Shown: positions 40,783 to 51,495, counted from the stretch's first letter. The stretch: 64,000 nucleotides of DNA from an uncultured Opitutales bacterium (GCA_944389885.1 CALXNZ010000009.1:8715-72714); one strand, 5' to 3'. Notes: generated by a model from the sequence alone, not told the origin. Numbers and translations are program-made.

Positions 40783-42513
40783 ATGAAATTTTTGACTATC
40801 GCGCTTTTCGGACTTTTCGGGGCTACTTATGCCTTAAATGCTGAAGTTAAAGAAACTGCCCTCAAAGCCGAACACAAATACCTTTATCTGCCCATATCGG
40901 CCGGTCAAACGTCGAAAAATTTTGAACTTTCAGATCCGGCGGCAGGGAAAATACTTTTAGACTACAAGGGACAAATCCATACCACAAATCAAGCTCCCGA
41001 TTGGGTTGTTCCCATAGACATATCGTCAAGCAAGGGCAGAGAGTTGAAATTCCGCATGGATACGCCCGACGGGAAAATGCCAATATTGCTTCAAGGAGAT
41101 TATCCACATATGGAAAACAGCCATACTCCAATGTGGAAAGCTACTCGTCCGGCCTTCCATTTTAGCCCGGAATACGGCGCCATGGGGAACCCTCTCGGAT
41201 TAGTATTGCACGGCGGCAAATGGCATCTCTTTTACCAGGCGGATCCTTACGGCATAGAGTTTGGAAAATCTGCTTTCGTGGGGCACGCCGTGTCCGACGA
41301 CTTGCTGAACTGGAAAGAGCTTTCTCCTTTGCTTATACCAGAAAAAAATAAAAGCGGTGGCTTTTCAAGCGTGCAGAGCGGCTCGTTCTATTTTGATTCA
41401 GACAACTCAAGCGGCAAATTTCAAAAATCCGGATTTATTTTTGCCGCTTCAGACGAGACAAACACCATAAGTTTTTATACTTCGCCCGACCTCTCGAATC
41501 TTGAAAAGTTTTCAACTCTAAAATTTACCGGAAAAAATCCCAGACTCTTTAGAGATACAAATTCAAAATTGTGGATTTTGCTAACGGGCGACGGCTCCAA
41601 AATAGAACTGCGAGTCTCGAAAGATTTTATAGAATGGGAAAAAACACAGGAATTTTCCGACTTCGGGGAATGCGCGTCTTTGGTGAAAATGCCCGTGACG
41701 GGCGCAAATGCCCCCTCCCAATGGGTTCTGCTGTTCGGAAATGGAAAATACTATGTGGGAGAATTCACAGATTCAAAATTCCTCCCCCAATTTCCAAAGC
41801 GCGAGCCAAGAATGGCATTTATGGGCCCGGTTGACGACGCAATCACCGCAACTTCTACAAATCCCCGCACAATGTTTATCGCCTCAATGCGCGTCAAAAA
41901 CTTGAACGAAATAAAGGAATCGCACCAGCCCTTTGTAAATTCCATGACGCTCCCCTGGCAGATGGATCTCGTCAAACTATGCGACGGCGAGTTCCAGCTG
42001 CGCCTATCACTGCCCGACGAAATAGGCTCGCGCCTGGAACAGCCCCGCGACGCTCTCGGCACAGACGACATCTATATATCCTCAAATCTCATAACCCTTC
42101 CCGACGCTTACGGAAATCGCTTTGTAATATGCGCAAAAATTAAGAATCAGGGCGCCAACGTCCTAAATATAGAAGTTGGCGCCAACCAAGTGGCAAAATA
42201 TCTCAACGAGCCTCGCATAGACTTAAAATTTCAGCGCAAATCAATCGGGAAATATCCGGTTCAGTTCACCCACTACGACGAAAATATAGATTTCTGGTTC
42301 TTCTTGGATTCTTTCGGAGCGGAACTACTTTTCGACGCAGGAGACCTGCTCCTATTTATTCCCGCCGATCTCCGCGGCCCACAATACGAAATACGCATAG
42401 GCTCCGTAGGCTCTATATGGTCTAACTATATAGGCAAATCCACAATACGCAGGCTGCCCAACAGCGAAATTATAAAGCGTGCAAACGCCCGCCTTAAAAA
42501 ACTTATAAAATAG
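40783..42513 (+). CDS. secreted GH32 (levanase-like) homolog with non-canonical active site
   Basis: RPAFHFSP, WHLFYQ and GHAVSDDLLNW motifs; catalytic motifs altered (see findings). Confidence 0.8.
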   Translation: MKFLTIALFGLFGATYALNAEVKETALKAEHKYLYLPISAGQTSKNFELSDPAAGKILLDYKGQIHTTNQAPDWVVPIDISSSKGRELKFRMDTPDGKMPILLQGDYPHMENSHTPMWKATRPAFHFSPEYGAMGNPLGLVLHGGKWHLFYQADPYGIEFGKSAFVGHAVSDDLLNWKELSPLLIPEKNKSGGFSSVQSGSFYFDSDNSSGKFQKSGFIFAASDETNTISFYTSPDLSNLEKFSTLKFTGKNPRLFRDTNSKLWILLTGDGSKIELRVSKDFIEWEKTQEFSDFGECASLVKMPVTGANAPSQWVLLFGNGKYYVGEFTDSKFLPQFPKREPRMAFMGPVDDAITATSTNPRTMFIASMRVKNLNEIKESHQPFVNSMTLPWQMDLVKLCDGEFQLRLSLPDEIGSRLEQPRDALGTDDIYISSNLITLPDAYGNRFVICAKIKNQGANVLNIEVGANQVAKYLNEPRIDLKFQRKSIGKYPVQFTHYDENIDFWFFLDSFGAELLFDAGDLLLFIPADLRGPQYEIRIGSVGSIWSNYIGKSTIRRLPNSEIIKRANARLKKLIK

Positions 42514-42515
42514 CG

Positions 42516-43286
42516 ATGCGCTTCCAAATCATTGAAAGTTCAAGCGCCGGAAACTGCGCCTTTCTCGACGTGCATGGTGTAAAACTATTAATCGACGCCG
42601 GCATAGGCCCAAAAAAGATAAATTCTTATCTATCTTCAATAGGACTGACGCCCCGCGATATAGACGCAGTTTTCGTTACGCATGAACACATAGACCATTA
42701 TAGGGCTTTGCGCAGCTTAAAAAATCTCCCGGACATCAAGATATTTGCCAACAAACTCACCGCCGAAACTATAAAATATCTCGATTCCGATACAAAACAA
42801 TTAAATTGGAATACCTTTGAAACAGGGCTTACTTTCGATTTCATGGGGATTTCAGTGCGCTCTTTTTCTATACCACACGACACTTCCGACGCTGTCGGAT
42901 ATTCTTTCTCTTGCGGCGGCACTACCTTGGTATGGGCTACCGATCTCGGCAAAGTGACACACTCGGTTTACGACGCCCTCCACTCTGCCGATGTGCTTGT
43001 CCTCGAAAGCAATTATTGCCCTGTCATGCTCGACAATTCTCCTCGCCCCTTTGCCCTTAAACAGCGTATAAAGAATTCCCATGGACACCTTTCAAACTCC
43101 GACGCTATATCAGCATTAAAAAATTTAAATTTTTCAAAGCTGCGCAAAGTATTCTTGGCCCATATATCTCGCCAATGCAACAGTGTCCAGCACATAGCTG
43201 AGCTTCTTGAATCATCGGCCCTCCCACTATCACGCATAGAGATTGTAGCCCCATGCCAATCAAGTTCCATGTTTCAAGATTCTTAA
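42516..43286 (+). CDS. MBL-fold metallo-hydrolase (YycJ/WalJ-like)
   Basis: SSSAGN, THEHIDH, HDTSD, ESNY, GHLSN and AHIS motifs. Confidence 0.88.
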   Translation: MRFQIIESSSAGNCAFLDVHGVKLLIDAGIGPKKINSYLSSIGLTPRDIDAVFVTHEHIDHYRALRSLKNLPDIKIFANKLTAETIKYLDSDTKQLNWNTFETGLTFDFMGISVRSFSIPHDTSDAVGYSFSCGGTTLVWATDLGKVTHSVYDALHSADVLVLESNYCPVMLDNSPRPFALKQRIKNSHGHLSNSDAISALKNLNFSKLRKVFLAHISRQCNSVQHIAELLESSALPLSRIEIVAPCQSSSMFQDS

Positions 43287-43558
43287 TTTTTTTATCCTCT
43301 GTCCTGTATATTAAGGAGACTCCTTTGCTTTTTATCGACGGCTGTAAAAAAATACGCCTCTGCTTAAGACTACAATTCCAGGTGCCCGTCATTTAATCCG
43401 CATTATCTCTCTCTCTCAAGACCTTTATACCCTTCTTAAATCGCTTACAAAAACCGGAGCTTTTAATGAAAACTCCTTAATTCCGCCAAAACCAGACAAA
43501 AAAAGAGCCGCACGATTTATCCCGCGCGGCCTTTTTCATTATATCTATACAGTCGAAA

Positions 43559-44737
43559 TTAGTACTTAACCATAACTGTGAAGTCAACCAAGTGCTGATT
43601 GTAGTTGGCGTCTTCATTTGAAGAATTGCAGAGGTAGCGGTAGTTAGCCCCGAGTGTAATGAATTTGTTGGGTATATAAGACACTCCGAATCTTGCAATG
43701 TAGTTGTCGTCTTCACGATCGTCCCCCATCTGATAGTCATAATTTACATAGGAGAAGCTGCTTGTGAGAGTGACATTTGAAAGTATCGCGTAATTTGCGC
43801 CAACTTCGCAGCCGGTATTGATGGACGACTGTCTTTGGGCACCGTTTCCGAAGTCGCGGAACGCATTTGCGAAGAGTCCGATTTTCTCTGTGAGCTCATA
43901 ATTGAAGTTTGCGTTAGCCGTAAAAGTGACATCGCTGTCATTGCCATCGGGAGAAACCAAAGTATTAGCTCCGCTCGGCGAACGATAGGTTGCCCCAAAG
44001 AAAATGGTGCTGCTCAATTTGGGAAGAAGCTCGCCGCGAACGGTTATACCGCCAAAGTGGTCGTCGCGCTGGTCTCCATAATATATAGCCCCCCAAGGTG
44101 AACCGCCACTGAACTCGACATGGCGATAGGAGTAAGTCAAGCCAACCATAACTTTTTCAGTGACTCTATAAAGGAGGCTTACTGGAACGGAGTAGATATC
44201 GTTATCTGAATATATTTCGCTCCACTGGCTTGTATATTGTGTGCTGTTCCAATTAAAACCAATTTCTCCGTCTATTTTATCTGTGAAGTTATAATTTCCA
44301 ACGATTCCCGCTTTATATGCATCGGAACGAACGAGAGCATCGCTCTGAAGGGTTTCATTGGTATTTTGATAATTCTGGTCGAAGGAAAAATTCGCATTCA
44401 CGCTCCAATTTGCTTCAACATAAGCGGCAGTTGCTGCCACATGGGCGAGATTTGAATTGAATTCTTTATGTTCGGCATAACGAGTAAGGTCTTCAAAGAA
44501 CTTTACATTCGCCTTAAACTTGCTGTTTCTTCCGTAATCTGCTTCGGCCCCGAGACGGAATACGCCGGCGTAGTCATTGATTTTGTCGTGCGTCGAATAA
44601 GTGACATTGCTGTCCCATTTGCCGGTGAAAGCACCTCTAAAGAATACATCGAGCTGATCGCCGATAGTTACCAAGGGTGCCGCATTTACGGCCGCCGCAG
44701 TTGCGGCAATGACTGATGATATAAGTAATTTTTTCAT
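43559..44737 (-). CDS. outer-membrane beta-barrel protein of the EPS-export-associated type
   Basis: Signal peptide, alternating beta-strands, terminal aromatic residue; near wza/wzc. Confidence 0.7.
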   Translation of the reverse strand: MKKLLISSVIAATAAAVNAAPLVTIGDQLDVFFRGAFTGKWDSNVTYSTHDKINDYAGVFRLGAEADYGRNSKFKANVKFFEDLTRYAEHKEFNSNLAHVAATAAYVEANWSVNANFSFDQNYQNTNETLQSDALVRSDAYKAGIVGNYNFTDKIDGEIGFNWNSTQYTSQWSEIYSDNDIYSVPVSLLYRVTEKVMVGLTYSYRHVEFSGGSPWGAIYYGDQRDDHFGGITVRGELLPKLSSTIFFGATYRSPSGANTLVSPDGNDSDVTFTANANFNYELTEKIGLFANAFRDFGNGAQRQSSINTGCEVGANYAILSNVTLTSSFSYVNYDYQMGDDREDDNYIARFGVSYIPNKFITLGANYRYLCNSSNEDANYNQHLVDFTVMVKY

Positions 44738-45002
44738 TTGTTTTTTGGTTTAAATATTACGACTGTTTTGCCTATGGGTTCTCGTTTTTCCCGACATTTC
44801 TAAAAATAAACGCATGCCTGTCAAGTTTTATTTTGATTTTCTTTAGCACAAATATTTTTGCGGTTATATATTTTTTGGCCTTAATTGATTTATCGCTGAT
44901 ATTTCCCGCATTAATTTAATGTTTGATTTTCAAAAATACAATGCTAATACCCATATTTGATAACAATAATAGTTTTTATCCCCGTTCTATTCTAAAAATT
45001 AT

Positions 45003-46721
45003 ATGAGCAATAAAAGCAGCGAAAACCTTTCTTTCCCAGATAAAGGCAATTCTTACACGACAATGTTGGGCTTTCTGCGCAGAGTCCAGAAGCCAAATGG
45101 TACTTGGGTGCTAAAAGTTGTCTGGAGCAGGGTATTCTTGGCAATACTGCTACTCATTCCGATACTCTGGACTATGATGGCATGCGCAATTTATGTTGGA
45201 TTCAAATATCTGCGCGACTATGACGAAATGTCCTTTATTGAATCTTTCGCTGTTCCATTCGACCTCCAGGCCCATAGACAAAAAGTCGGTGAATACAACA
45301 TCAGGAAAGCAAAAGAATTCATCAAAGCAAAAAATTGGCGTGAGGCTTTTATGAACCTTAATATGGGAGTAATGCGCTCTCCCAAAAATGTCGAAGGTCG
45401 CCAGATGCTGTCTGAATTTTTCGTCGCCCTGTGGGGGCGCCCGGATTTGGCTATAAAAAATCTCGAGCAGGGTTTGCTCTACGCAAAAAATAATACTAAC
45501 TATATAAGATTCTACACCCGCATACTACTCGACCAAAATGAGGATAAAAAGCTCATAACGGTCGCGGAAAAACTTCTGAGCGACGGCGACCTGACCAATA
45601 AGGACGTCGAGGCCTACCTGGCTATGGCTATATCTTCCGTATATGCCATGCACGGCAATTACGCAAAATCCAAAGAATTTTTGGTGAAATACAAGCTTGA
45701 TAAAACACTTCCCGGCATTCTCAGGCTGTCAAAAAACGAATGGGAGCAAGGCCATCAAGACGAAGCCATAAAAATTATCTCCGACAATTTCGACTCCGTC
45801 CCCAACAAGGAACCCATATACGCCCTGCTTGTAAATTATTACAATTCCATAGGCGATTATGAAAAAGCCCGCCAATATTCTGTATTGCGTTCGGCTGAAA
45901 ACCCATTCTCCATAGACCAACAACTAAACCATCTGCGCATATTGAAAAAAGACGGGGAATCGGTGAAAGAAAAGGCCAACGCAATATTTGAAAGCTACAA
46001 AAACGATAACCACAATCTTATTTACATAGCAAACTTCGCAGCTGATACCGGCGATATTGATCTCATGCGCCGCATTTACGATACTGCCTTGCAAAATAAT
46101 TACCCAATAGCCCCATACTGCCTTCTCCTGCTCGAAACTATGATAACAATCGGCGACTATAAGTCTGCCGTCGCCTTCTCGGAGGAAATTATAAAAGAAA
46201 AACCTTCATGGATAAAAAAGCATGAAGACGTATTTGCCTGTTTAAGAGCTATATGCTACTATGCAACCGGCAATTTAAATCTCGCCGACATTCTCGTCGA
46301 AGATGTTTTGAAGCGTTCAAACGCCTCTCCAAAAGTACTGATAGCAACCGCGAGACGCCTCGACGCCTTAAAAGACACAAAATATTCCTACAAATTGCTC
46401 GAACAAGCCGTAGATAGATTCCCCAGACACCAGCTCGCCCTCACCCGCCTTATTCAAATAGAGATGAAAATGGGCAACTCCACAAATCTTGACAAACACA
46501 TATTCCGCCTTCTCCAAATGCGCCGTCCGCCGCGCCAACTCGTTGAAAAAGCCAGGGAAGATATGGCCTCCGACAGATTTATTTTTGTATCGAACCGCGA
46601 CAAGTTAATGAATGAAATCGATATTCTTCTGAACAACCATGAAAATCAAAATATGCTTTCAAACGAGGCGCCGGAATCTCGCATAACCGATGACGCCACG
46701 CCGGAAGAACTCGGATTCTAA
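45003..46721 (+). CDS. membrane-anchored TPR-like hypothetical protein
   Basis: N-terminal TM helix followed by helical repeats. Confidence 0.6.
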   Translation: MSNKSSENLSFPDKGNSYTTMLGFLRRVQKPNGTWVLKVVWSRVFLAILLLIPILWTMMACAIYVGFKYLRDYDEMSFIESFAVPFDLQAHRQKVGEYNIRKAKEFIKAKNWREAFMNLNMGVMRSPKNVEGRQMLSEFFVALWGRPDLAIKNLEQGLLYAKNNTNYIRFYTRILLDQNEDKKLITVAEKLLSDGDLTNKDVEAYLAMAISSVYAMHGNYAKSKEFLVKYKLDKTLPGILRLSKNEWEQGHQDEAIKIISDNFDSVPNKEPIYALLVNYYNSIGDYEKARQYSVLRSAENPFSIDQQLNHLRILKKDGESVKEKANAIFESYKNDNHNLIYIANFAADTGDIDLMRRIYDTALQNNYPIAPYCLLLLETMITIGDYKSAVAFSEEIIKEKPSWIKKHEDVFACLRAICYYATGNLNLADILVEDVLKRSNASPKVLIATARRLDALKDTKYSYKLLEQAVDRFPRHQLALTRLIQIEMKMGNSTNLDKHIFRLLQMRRPPRQLVEKAREDMASDRFIFVSNRDKLMNEIDILLNNHENQNMLSNEAPESRITDDATPEELGF

Positions 46722-46891
46722 AAAAACTCTCCCACTTGCCTAAACCTACGGCAAAAACACATTTATACGGATTGGCGAAAATACGTTTGTTTTAGGCAAT
46801 CTTTATTGCCCGTCTTACTTTTATATTGGCGCTGCTAAAATATAAAAATTTAAAGTTGAAAAAGAGGGTTCAATGAACGATAAAAGGCGGA

Positions 46892-48130
46892 ATGTATAAG
46901 GAAAATCTGGCGCATAACCCTTTGACGTACAGGTTGGCCGTTGGTTGCTTTTTTTTCATTCACGGAACGGTGTTTTCCGCGTGGGCAAACAGAATTCCAG
47001 ATATAAAGAGAATGCTGGGACTCAACGACGCCGACTGGGGAACCATTCTTTTCGCCCTGCCATTCGGGCAATTTACAATGATGTGGTTATCGGGACTACT
47101 TGTGGCAAAATTCGGCAGCCGCAATATGGCCAGATGCGGGCTTTCAATATTTCCGCTAATATTGATTCTCGTCAGCCAAGTCGGAAGCTCGACGGAACTT
47201 TTTATAACTTTGATGGCTTTCGGCGCCATGGCAAATCTGCATAATATATCAATAAACACGCAGGCGGTTGATGTAGAGCTCATATACGGACGCAGCATAA
47301 TGGCGTCTTTTCACGGAATATGGAGCGTGGCGGGATTTTGCGGCGGCATAATCAGCGGCATACTTGTTTCAAACCACATATCTGCATTCATACAGTTTTC
47401 GGGCGTTGCAATATTTGCGTATTTTATACTGTTTTTCATATCTCCATTTTTATTGAGCCGCGACATACAACCAAAAATGCCACACGACGAGGAAGACAAA
47501 AAACCGCGCGGATTCTTACACCCCACACCCCTCATATTTGTACTCGGATTCACCGCTTTCGGTTCCATGAGCTGCGAAGGCATTATGTTCGATTGGAGTG
47601 TCATTTATTTTGAAAACATAGTCCATGCCCCAATCGATATGATCCATACCGGTTATATCGCTTTTATGCTAACTATGGCGTCGGGACGATTTGTGGGTGA
47701 CCGCCTAATTATGCGGTTTGGCGCAATGAATGTTTTGGGATTTAGCGGACTTGTTATATTTTGCGGAATGATGTCGGCGGTATTGTTTCCCGGAGTATTA
47801 ACTGCCACTATAGGCTTTCTAATGGTGGGCGCAGGCGTTTCTTCGGTAGTCCCTACATGCTATAGCATGGCGGGAAGATCGCGAAGAATGAAAGCCAGCA
47901 TCGCCATAGCTACAGTCTCAACCATAGGATTTCTCGGATTCCTAATGGGACCACCGCTCATAGGTTATGTAGCATATTTGTCAAACCTGAGAATCTCATT
48001 CGCGATAATGGCTTGCATAGGGCTCCTCGTCACTCTGCTGTCGCACAGTAAACCTCTGCGAGAAGCGGCAACTGGCGTATATAGCGATTCCGAAGAAGTG
48101 GAAAAAGAATTGCTCTCTGCCTCTAAATAG
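46892..48130 (+). CDS. MFS transporter
   Basis: About 12 TM helices; WANRIP, SFHGIWS and GRFVGD motifs. Confidence 0.88.
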   Translation: MYKENLAHNPLTYRLAVGCFFFIHGTVFSAWANRIPDIKRMLGLNDADWGTILFALPFGQFTMMWLSGLLVAKFGSRNMARCGLSIFPLILILVSQVGSSTELFITLMAFGAMANLHNISINTQAVDVELIYGRSIMASFHGIWSVAGFCGGIISGILVSNHISAFIQFSGVAIFAYFILFFISPFLLSRDIQPKMPHDEEDKKPRGFLHPTPLIFVLGFTAFGSMSCEGIMFDWSVIYFENIVHAPIDMIHTGYIAFMLTMASGRFVGDRLIMRFGAMNVLGFSGLVIFCGMMSAVLFPGVLTATIGFLMVGAGVSSVVPTCYSMAGRSRRMKASIAIATVSTIGFLGFLMGPPLIGYVAYLSNLRISFAIMACIGLLVTLLSHSKPLREAATGVYSDSEEVEKELLSASK

Positions 48131-48394
48131 CCAATTTTCAAAAAAACCCCGCGCCCTCCTGACGAAAACCGAAGCCAACTTTTCCTCACCAAGTATCTAT
48201 AATTACTTGCCGTTATAAGAACCCTTTTACGGGACCACGCCTTTAGCTTGATAGGATTCACATCGGTATCACCCAATTATGCATTTTCCATTGGAATAAT
48301 GCCTCCGCTTTGGAATGCCGCCTTTTGTATCACAAAACAAAAACGCTAAAGAATACCATTTACGTCAAATATATGAAGCCGCACATAAGCGCAT

Positions 48395-48427
48395 AAAAAA
48401 ATCCGGGGTTTTAAACTCCGGATTTTT
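48395..48427. terminator. bidirectional terminator
   Basis: aaaaatccgg...ccggattttt. Confidence 0.65.
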
Positions 48428-48434
48428 CAGACTC

Positions 48435-50852
48435 TTATTTAGTTTCCGCGTCTGGAAGAGAGATGTCTTGGCCTCCGTCCTTATCTTCGGCTTCTTGAGG
48501 AGTAGTATAATAATTTTGATAGCTCTTATCGTAGTAATTCATATTATACATTGATACGCTACCGGGATTTACCATATTTATTATGGCGCCCAAAACAGGG
48601 ACATTCGACTCCATCAAGCGCCTTACGTAGCCGCGTATGGCTTTTCTGCGAACCGTGTTGAACTTTATGACGTAAATTACGCCGTCAACGGAAGGCAGCA
48701 GCGATATCGCGTCTGAAACCGCTCCAATCGGCGGAGAGTCTATAAATATGCGGTCGTATTCGCCCCTGAAGCGCTCTATCATAGCCGCGAATTCTTCGCT
48801 ATTCAGCATCTGAGTAGGATTGCGCGGGCGCCTTTCGCATATCAGAACGTCGAGATTGGGGAAGTAATCGTGCAATATCGCGTCGTCGAGGCTGTCACCG
48901 TCTTCAAGATGCCCCACAAGACCCTTAGTTGAAGTAATTCCAAGCGTTTTAGCCATGGCGGGAAGCCTAAGGTCAGCATCGACTATTATTACTTTCTCCC
49001 CATGCAAAGCGCAAGTAAGCGCAAGATTCGTAACTACGAACGATTTTCCCTCAGACGGAGTTGTACTCGTAGAGAGAATAACCTTCGCATTCCGGCTCAT
49101 CGAGTTAACTTTGAGTGTGGAATGCAGCGAACGGAACGCTTCCGCCGTAGCCCTATCGGCATTGGAAGCTGCAACCTGGGCTTTTTCGGAAGAGTTAAGG
49201 CGCTTTACTCTGGGAATTATTCCCAACAGAGGAAGCCCTATTACGGACTCAACGTCATATGCGCTCTTTGTTCTGTCGTCGAGGAAGGCCACAATAAACG
49301 CCATTGCGATTCCTCCGCCTATGCCGGCGAATAATCCCAATATTATATTCAGTATGTAATTGGGGCTGGACGGGCGCGGAGAAATCCCTGCCCTATCTAT
49401 AATATTGGCGCCCTCATTGATTAAGCTGACCTGCGCAGTACGCACATTCATAGCCGCTATCAAGTTTGAGTGCAGACTCTCGGCAACTTCTCTTTCGCGT
49501 TCGAGAGACTTATAGATTATGGCTTTTTGCCCCAAAGCCAATATGGCTTCTTTCTTTTCATTTAGATGCTTTAAGGACGTCTCATAATTTTGTCTGGCGT
49601 TGTCGTAGGAAGAACGAATCTTCTCGTAAGCCGAATCCAGCGCTATACTTAATTCCTTATCTATTTGGTCGAGGCCTTTCCTGCCCTCTTGCATCCGAGG
49701 ATGCTTTTCTTTATAACGCTTCTCGAGAGTGGCAACTAAAACTTGTTGTGTGGATCTATCGGATAGAAGCTTGGCCACTTGGGGTATCTCCGCTATGAAT
49801 GCTAAGTCGCAAAGATCTTTATTTTGGCGCTTATATTCCTGCACGAGTTTCCACTGGGTAGCCGCAGCGTCAAAAATGCGTTTGTCATTTGTGACTATTG
49901 CATTGAGATCGCGCAGCTCGTTGCGATCTATATCGTCCATAGCGTCGAGACTTACGGCCCCGTTGGCTTTTCTGTACTCGACAAGCTTTTTATCCAAATC
50001 TTTCACCTTCGCCTCCTGCTGGGAGACTTTTGTGCGGAGTTCGTCAATGCTTGTGATAAGCTTTTGAACTCTATTTTGGTGGGTGAAATTGATATACTCC
50101 GTGGCAAACAGATTGGCAATTTTTGAAGCCATGACAGCATCAGGGTGCGAGTATGCTATCCTAACGATAAGTGATAGTCTTTCCGGAATAATCTTGCGAT
50201 TATCAGCGAGAATTTCCTCCTCGGTCTTTTGTACGCCGAAAGTAAACATATCGTGATAGGGGGCCATCAAACGCTTTATTTCATCTTCTTTTAGACGCGA
50301 CTTGACGGCTTTTATGACCTCAAAGCTCTCGAGCAACTTCACTTGCGTATTGAAGTCTTCTATACTCATTACGGTATTATTCCGGCTGCGCTGTTCCGAG
50401 CCAGGCCCGTCTATTGGTGAATCCGTATCCCTCAACACCTGCACCGACGCGGTCGAAGTATACATCGGAGTCAACCTGAAAGTGTACAATAGCACTCCGG
50501 CAAATATTACAAAAAACGTCACTATTATATACCAGAATCTCTCGCGGAGAATCATCAGGTAATCTTTCATTGTGCGGTTGGCTGTAGGAGCCGAATTTTG
50601 CGGAGAGGCTCCCTGTCCATAACCGCCGTAATATCCATACGAACCGTACGAGCCGTAGCCGCCGTAGCCACCATAGCCGCCATAGCCGCCGCCGTATGAA
50701 CCATAGCCGCCGTAGCCGCCATATGCTCCATATCCACCGCCGCCGTAGCCTGAGCCGGAAACGATTTTTTTCTTTGACGTCTTTGCTGCCGCGGCCTTTT
50801 CCGATTGAGCCGCATTTTTGGCGGCGGGTTTATTATCGTTGGAATTTTCCAT
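48435..50852 (-). CDS. wzc: Wzc-type polysaccharide co-polymerase / tyrosine autokinase
   Basis: Two TM helices flanking a coiled-coil; EAFRSL, PSEGKS (Walker A), DADLR, DSPP; C-terminal Tyr cluster. Confidence 0.9.
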   Translation of the reverse strand: MENSNDNKPAAKNAAQSEKAAAAKTSKKKIVSGSGYGGGGYGAYGGYGGYGSYGGGYGGYGGYGGYGSYGSYGYYGGYGQGASPQNSAPTANRTMKDYLMILRERFWYIIVTFFVIFAGVLLYTFRLTPMYTSTASVQVLRDTDSPIDGPGSEQRSRNNTVMSIEDFNTQVKLLESFEVIKAVKSRLKEDEIKRLMAPYHDMFTFGVQKTEEEILADNRKIIPERLSLIVRIAYSHPDAVMASKIANLFATEYINFTHQNRVQKLITSIDELRTKVSQQEAKVKDLDKKLVEYRKANGAVSLDAMDDIDRNELRDLNAIVTNDKRIFDAAATQWKLVQEYKRQNKDLCDLAFIAEIPQVAKLLSDRSTQQVLVATLEKRYKEKHPRMQEGRKGLDQIDKELSIALDSAYEKIRSSYDNARQNYETSLKHLNEKKEAILALGQKAIIYKSLEREREVAESLHSNLIAAMNVRTAQVSLINEGANIIDRAGISPRPSSPNYILNIILGLFAGIGGGIAMAFIVAFLDDRTKSAYDVESVIGLPLLGIIPRVKRLNSSEKAQVAASNADRATAEAFRSLHSTLKVNSMSRNAKVILSTSTTPSEGKSFVVTNLALTCALHGEKVIIVDADLRLPAMAKTLGITSTKGLVGHLEDGDSLDDAILHDYFPNLDVLICERRPRNPTQMLNSEEFAAMIERFRGEYDRIFIDSPPIGAVSDAISLLPSVDGVIYVIKFNTVRRKAIRGYVRRLMESNVPVLGAIINMVNPGSVSMYNMNYYDKSYQNYYTTPQEAEDKDGGQDISLPDAETK
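50618..50757 (-). repeat. imperfect Gly-Gly-Tyr codon repeat (low-complexity tract) in wzc
   Basis: 47 aa GSGYGGGGYGAYGGY...YYGGYG containing 15 Tyr; codons vary between units. Confidence 0.9.
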
Positions 50853-50886
50853 CGTAAAAATAATGCGTATGTAGAAATATTATATT

Positions 50887-51495
50887 TTAGAATATTGACT
50901 CTGGAACTTCTATGGTATCGCCGTCGTACACCGGGAAGTCCTTTGCGCTTTTATCGTTGAGAATAGCCTTCAAATCCACTTCAAACACTTTTATGGTTCC
51001 GTCAGGCATTTTGCGCTTTATATTCACGTTGCGGGTATCGGCAAGGCGCGTCGGCCCCATAGCTCCGGCTATCGCCTTCGACAGCGTCATAGTTTCTTCC
51101 GGTGGGAATATTACCTCTCCATTGCGAAACACTTGTCCTATAACATACACTCTCTGTTGGGAATATTCCTCGATAAACAGGCTCACTTCGGCCTTCACAA
51201 GATAATCTTTTTCGTAGAGTTCTTTTATCTTTTTCTGGGCGTCTTGGAGAGTAAGACCTTCCACCTTCACCGAACCTATCAGCGGCAAAACTATCATTCC
51301 GTTATTGCCGACTTTATATATTGTATCCAAGTCCGGCTCCTGAAAGACTCTCATGTTGACAACATCAAGGGGCCTAAGCTTGTAGGACGAACCTTTGTCC
51401 GCATAGGCAAAGTCGGTATTTGCAAATGCGCCGCCACATGCGTAAACGACAAAAGCGCACAGCAAAGACAATGTCTTTATCATTTTTCTAATCAT
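50887..51495 (-). CDS. wza: polysaccharide export protein (Wza-like, Poly_export plus SLBB)
   Basis: YKLRPLD, LPLIG.V.V.GLT, VYVIGQV and GDTIEVPES motifs. Confidence 0.85.
   Translation of the reverse strand: MIRKMIKTLSLLCAFVVYACGGAFANTDFAYADKGSSYKLRPLDVVNMRVFQEPDLDTIYKVGNNGMIVLPLIGSVKVEGLTLQDAQKKIKELYEKDYLVKAEVSLFIEEYSQQRVYVIGQVFRNGEVIFPPEETMTLSKAIAGAMGPTRLADTRNVNIKRKMPDGTIKVFEVDLKAILNDKSAKDFPVYDGDTIEVPESIF

Noticed and set aside
43287-43500. Possible hidden gene or RNA in the gap after the MBL hydrolase
   Set aside because: No convincing ORF, promoter-terminator pair or structure beyond the beta-barrel gene's terminator.
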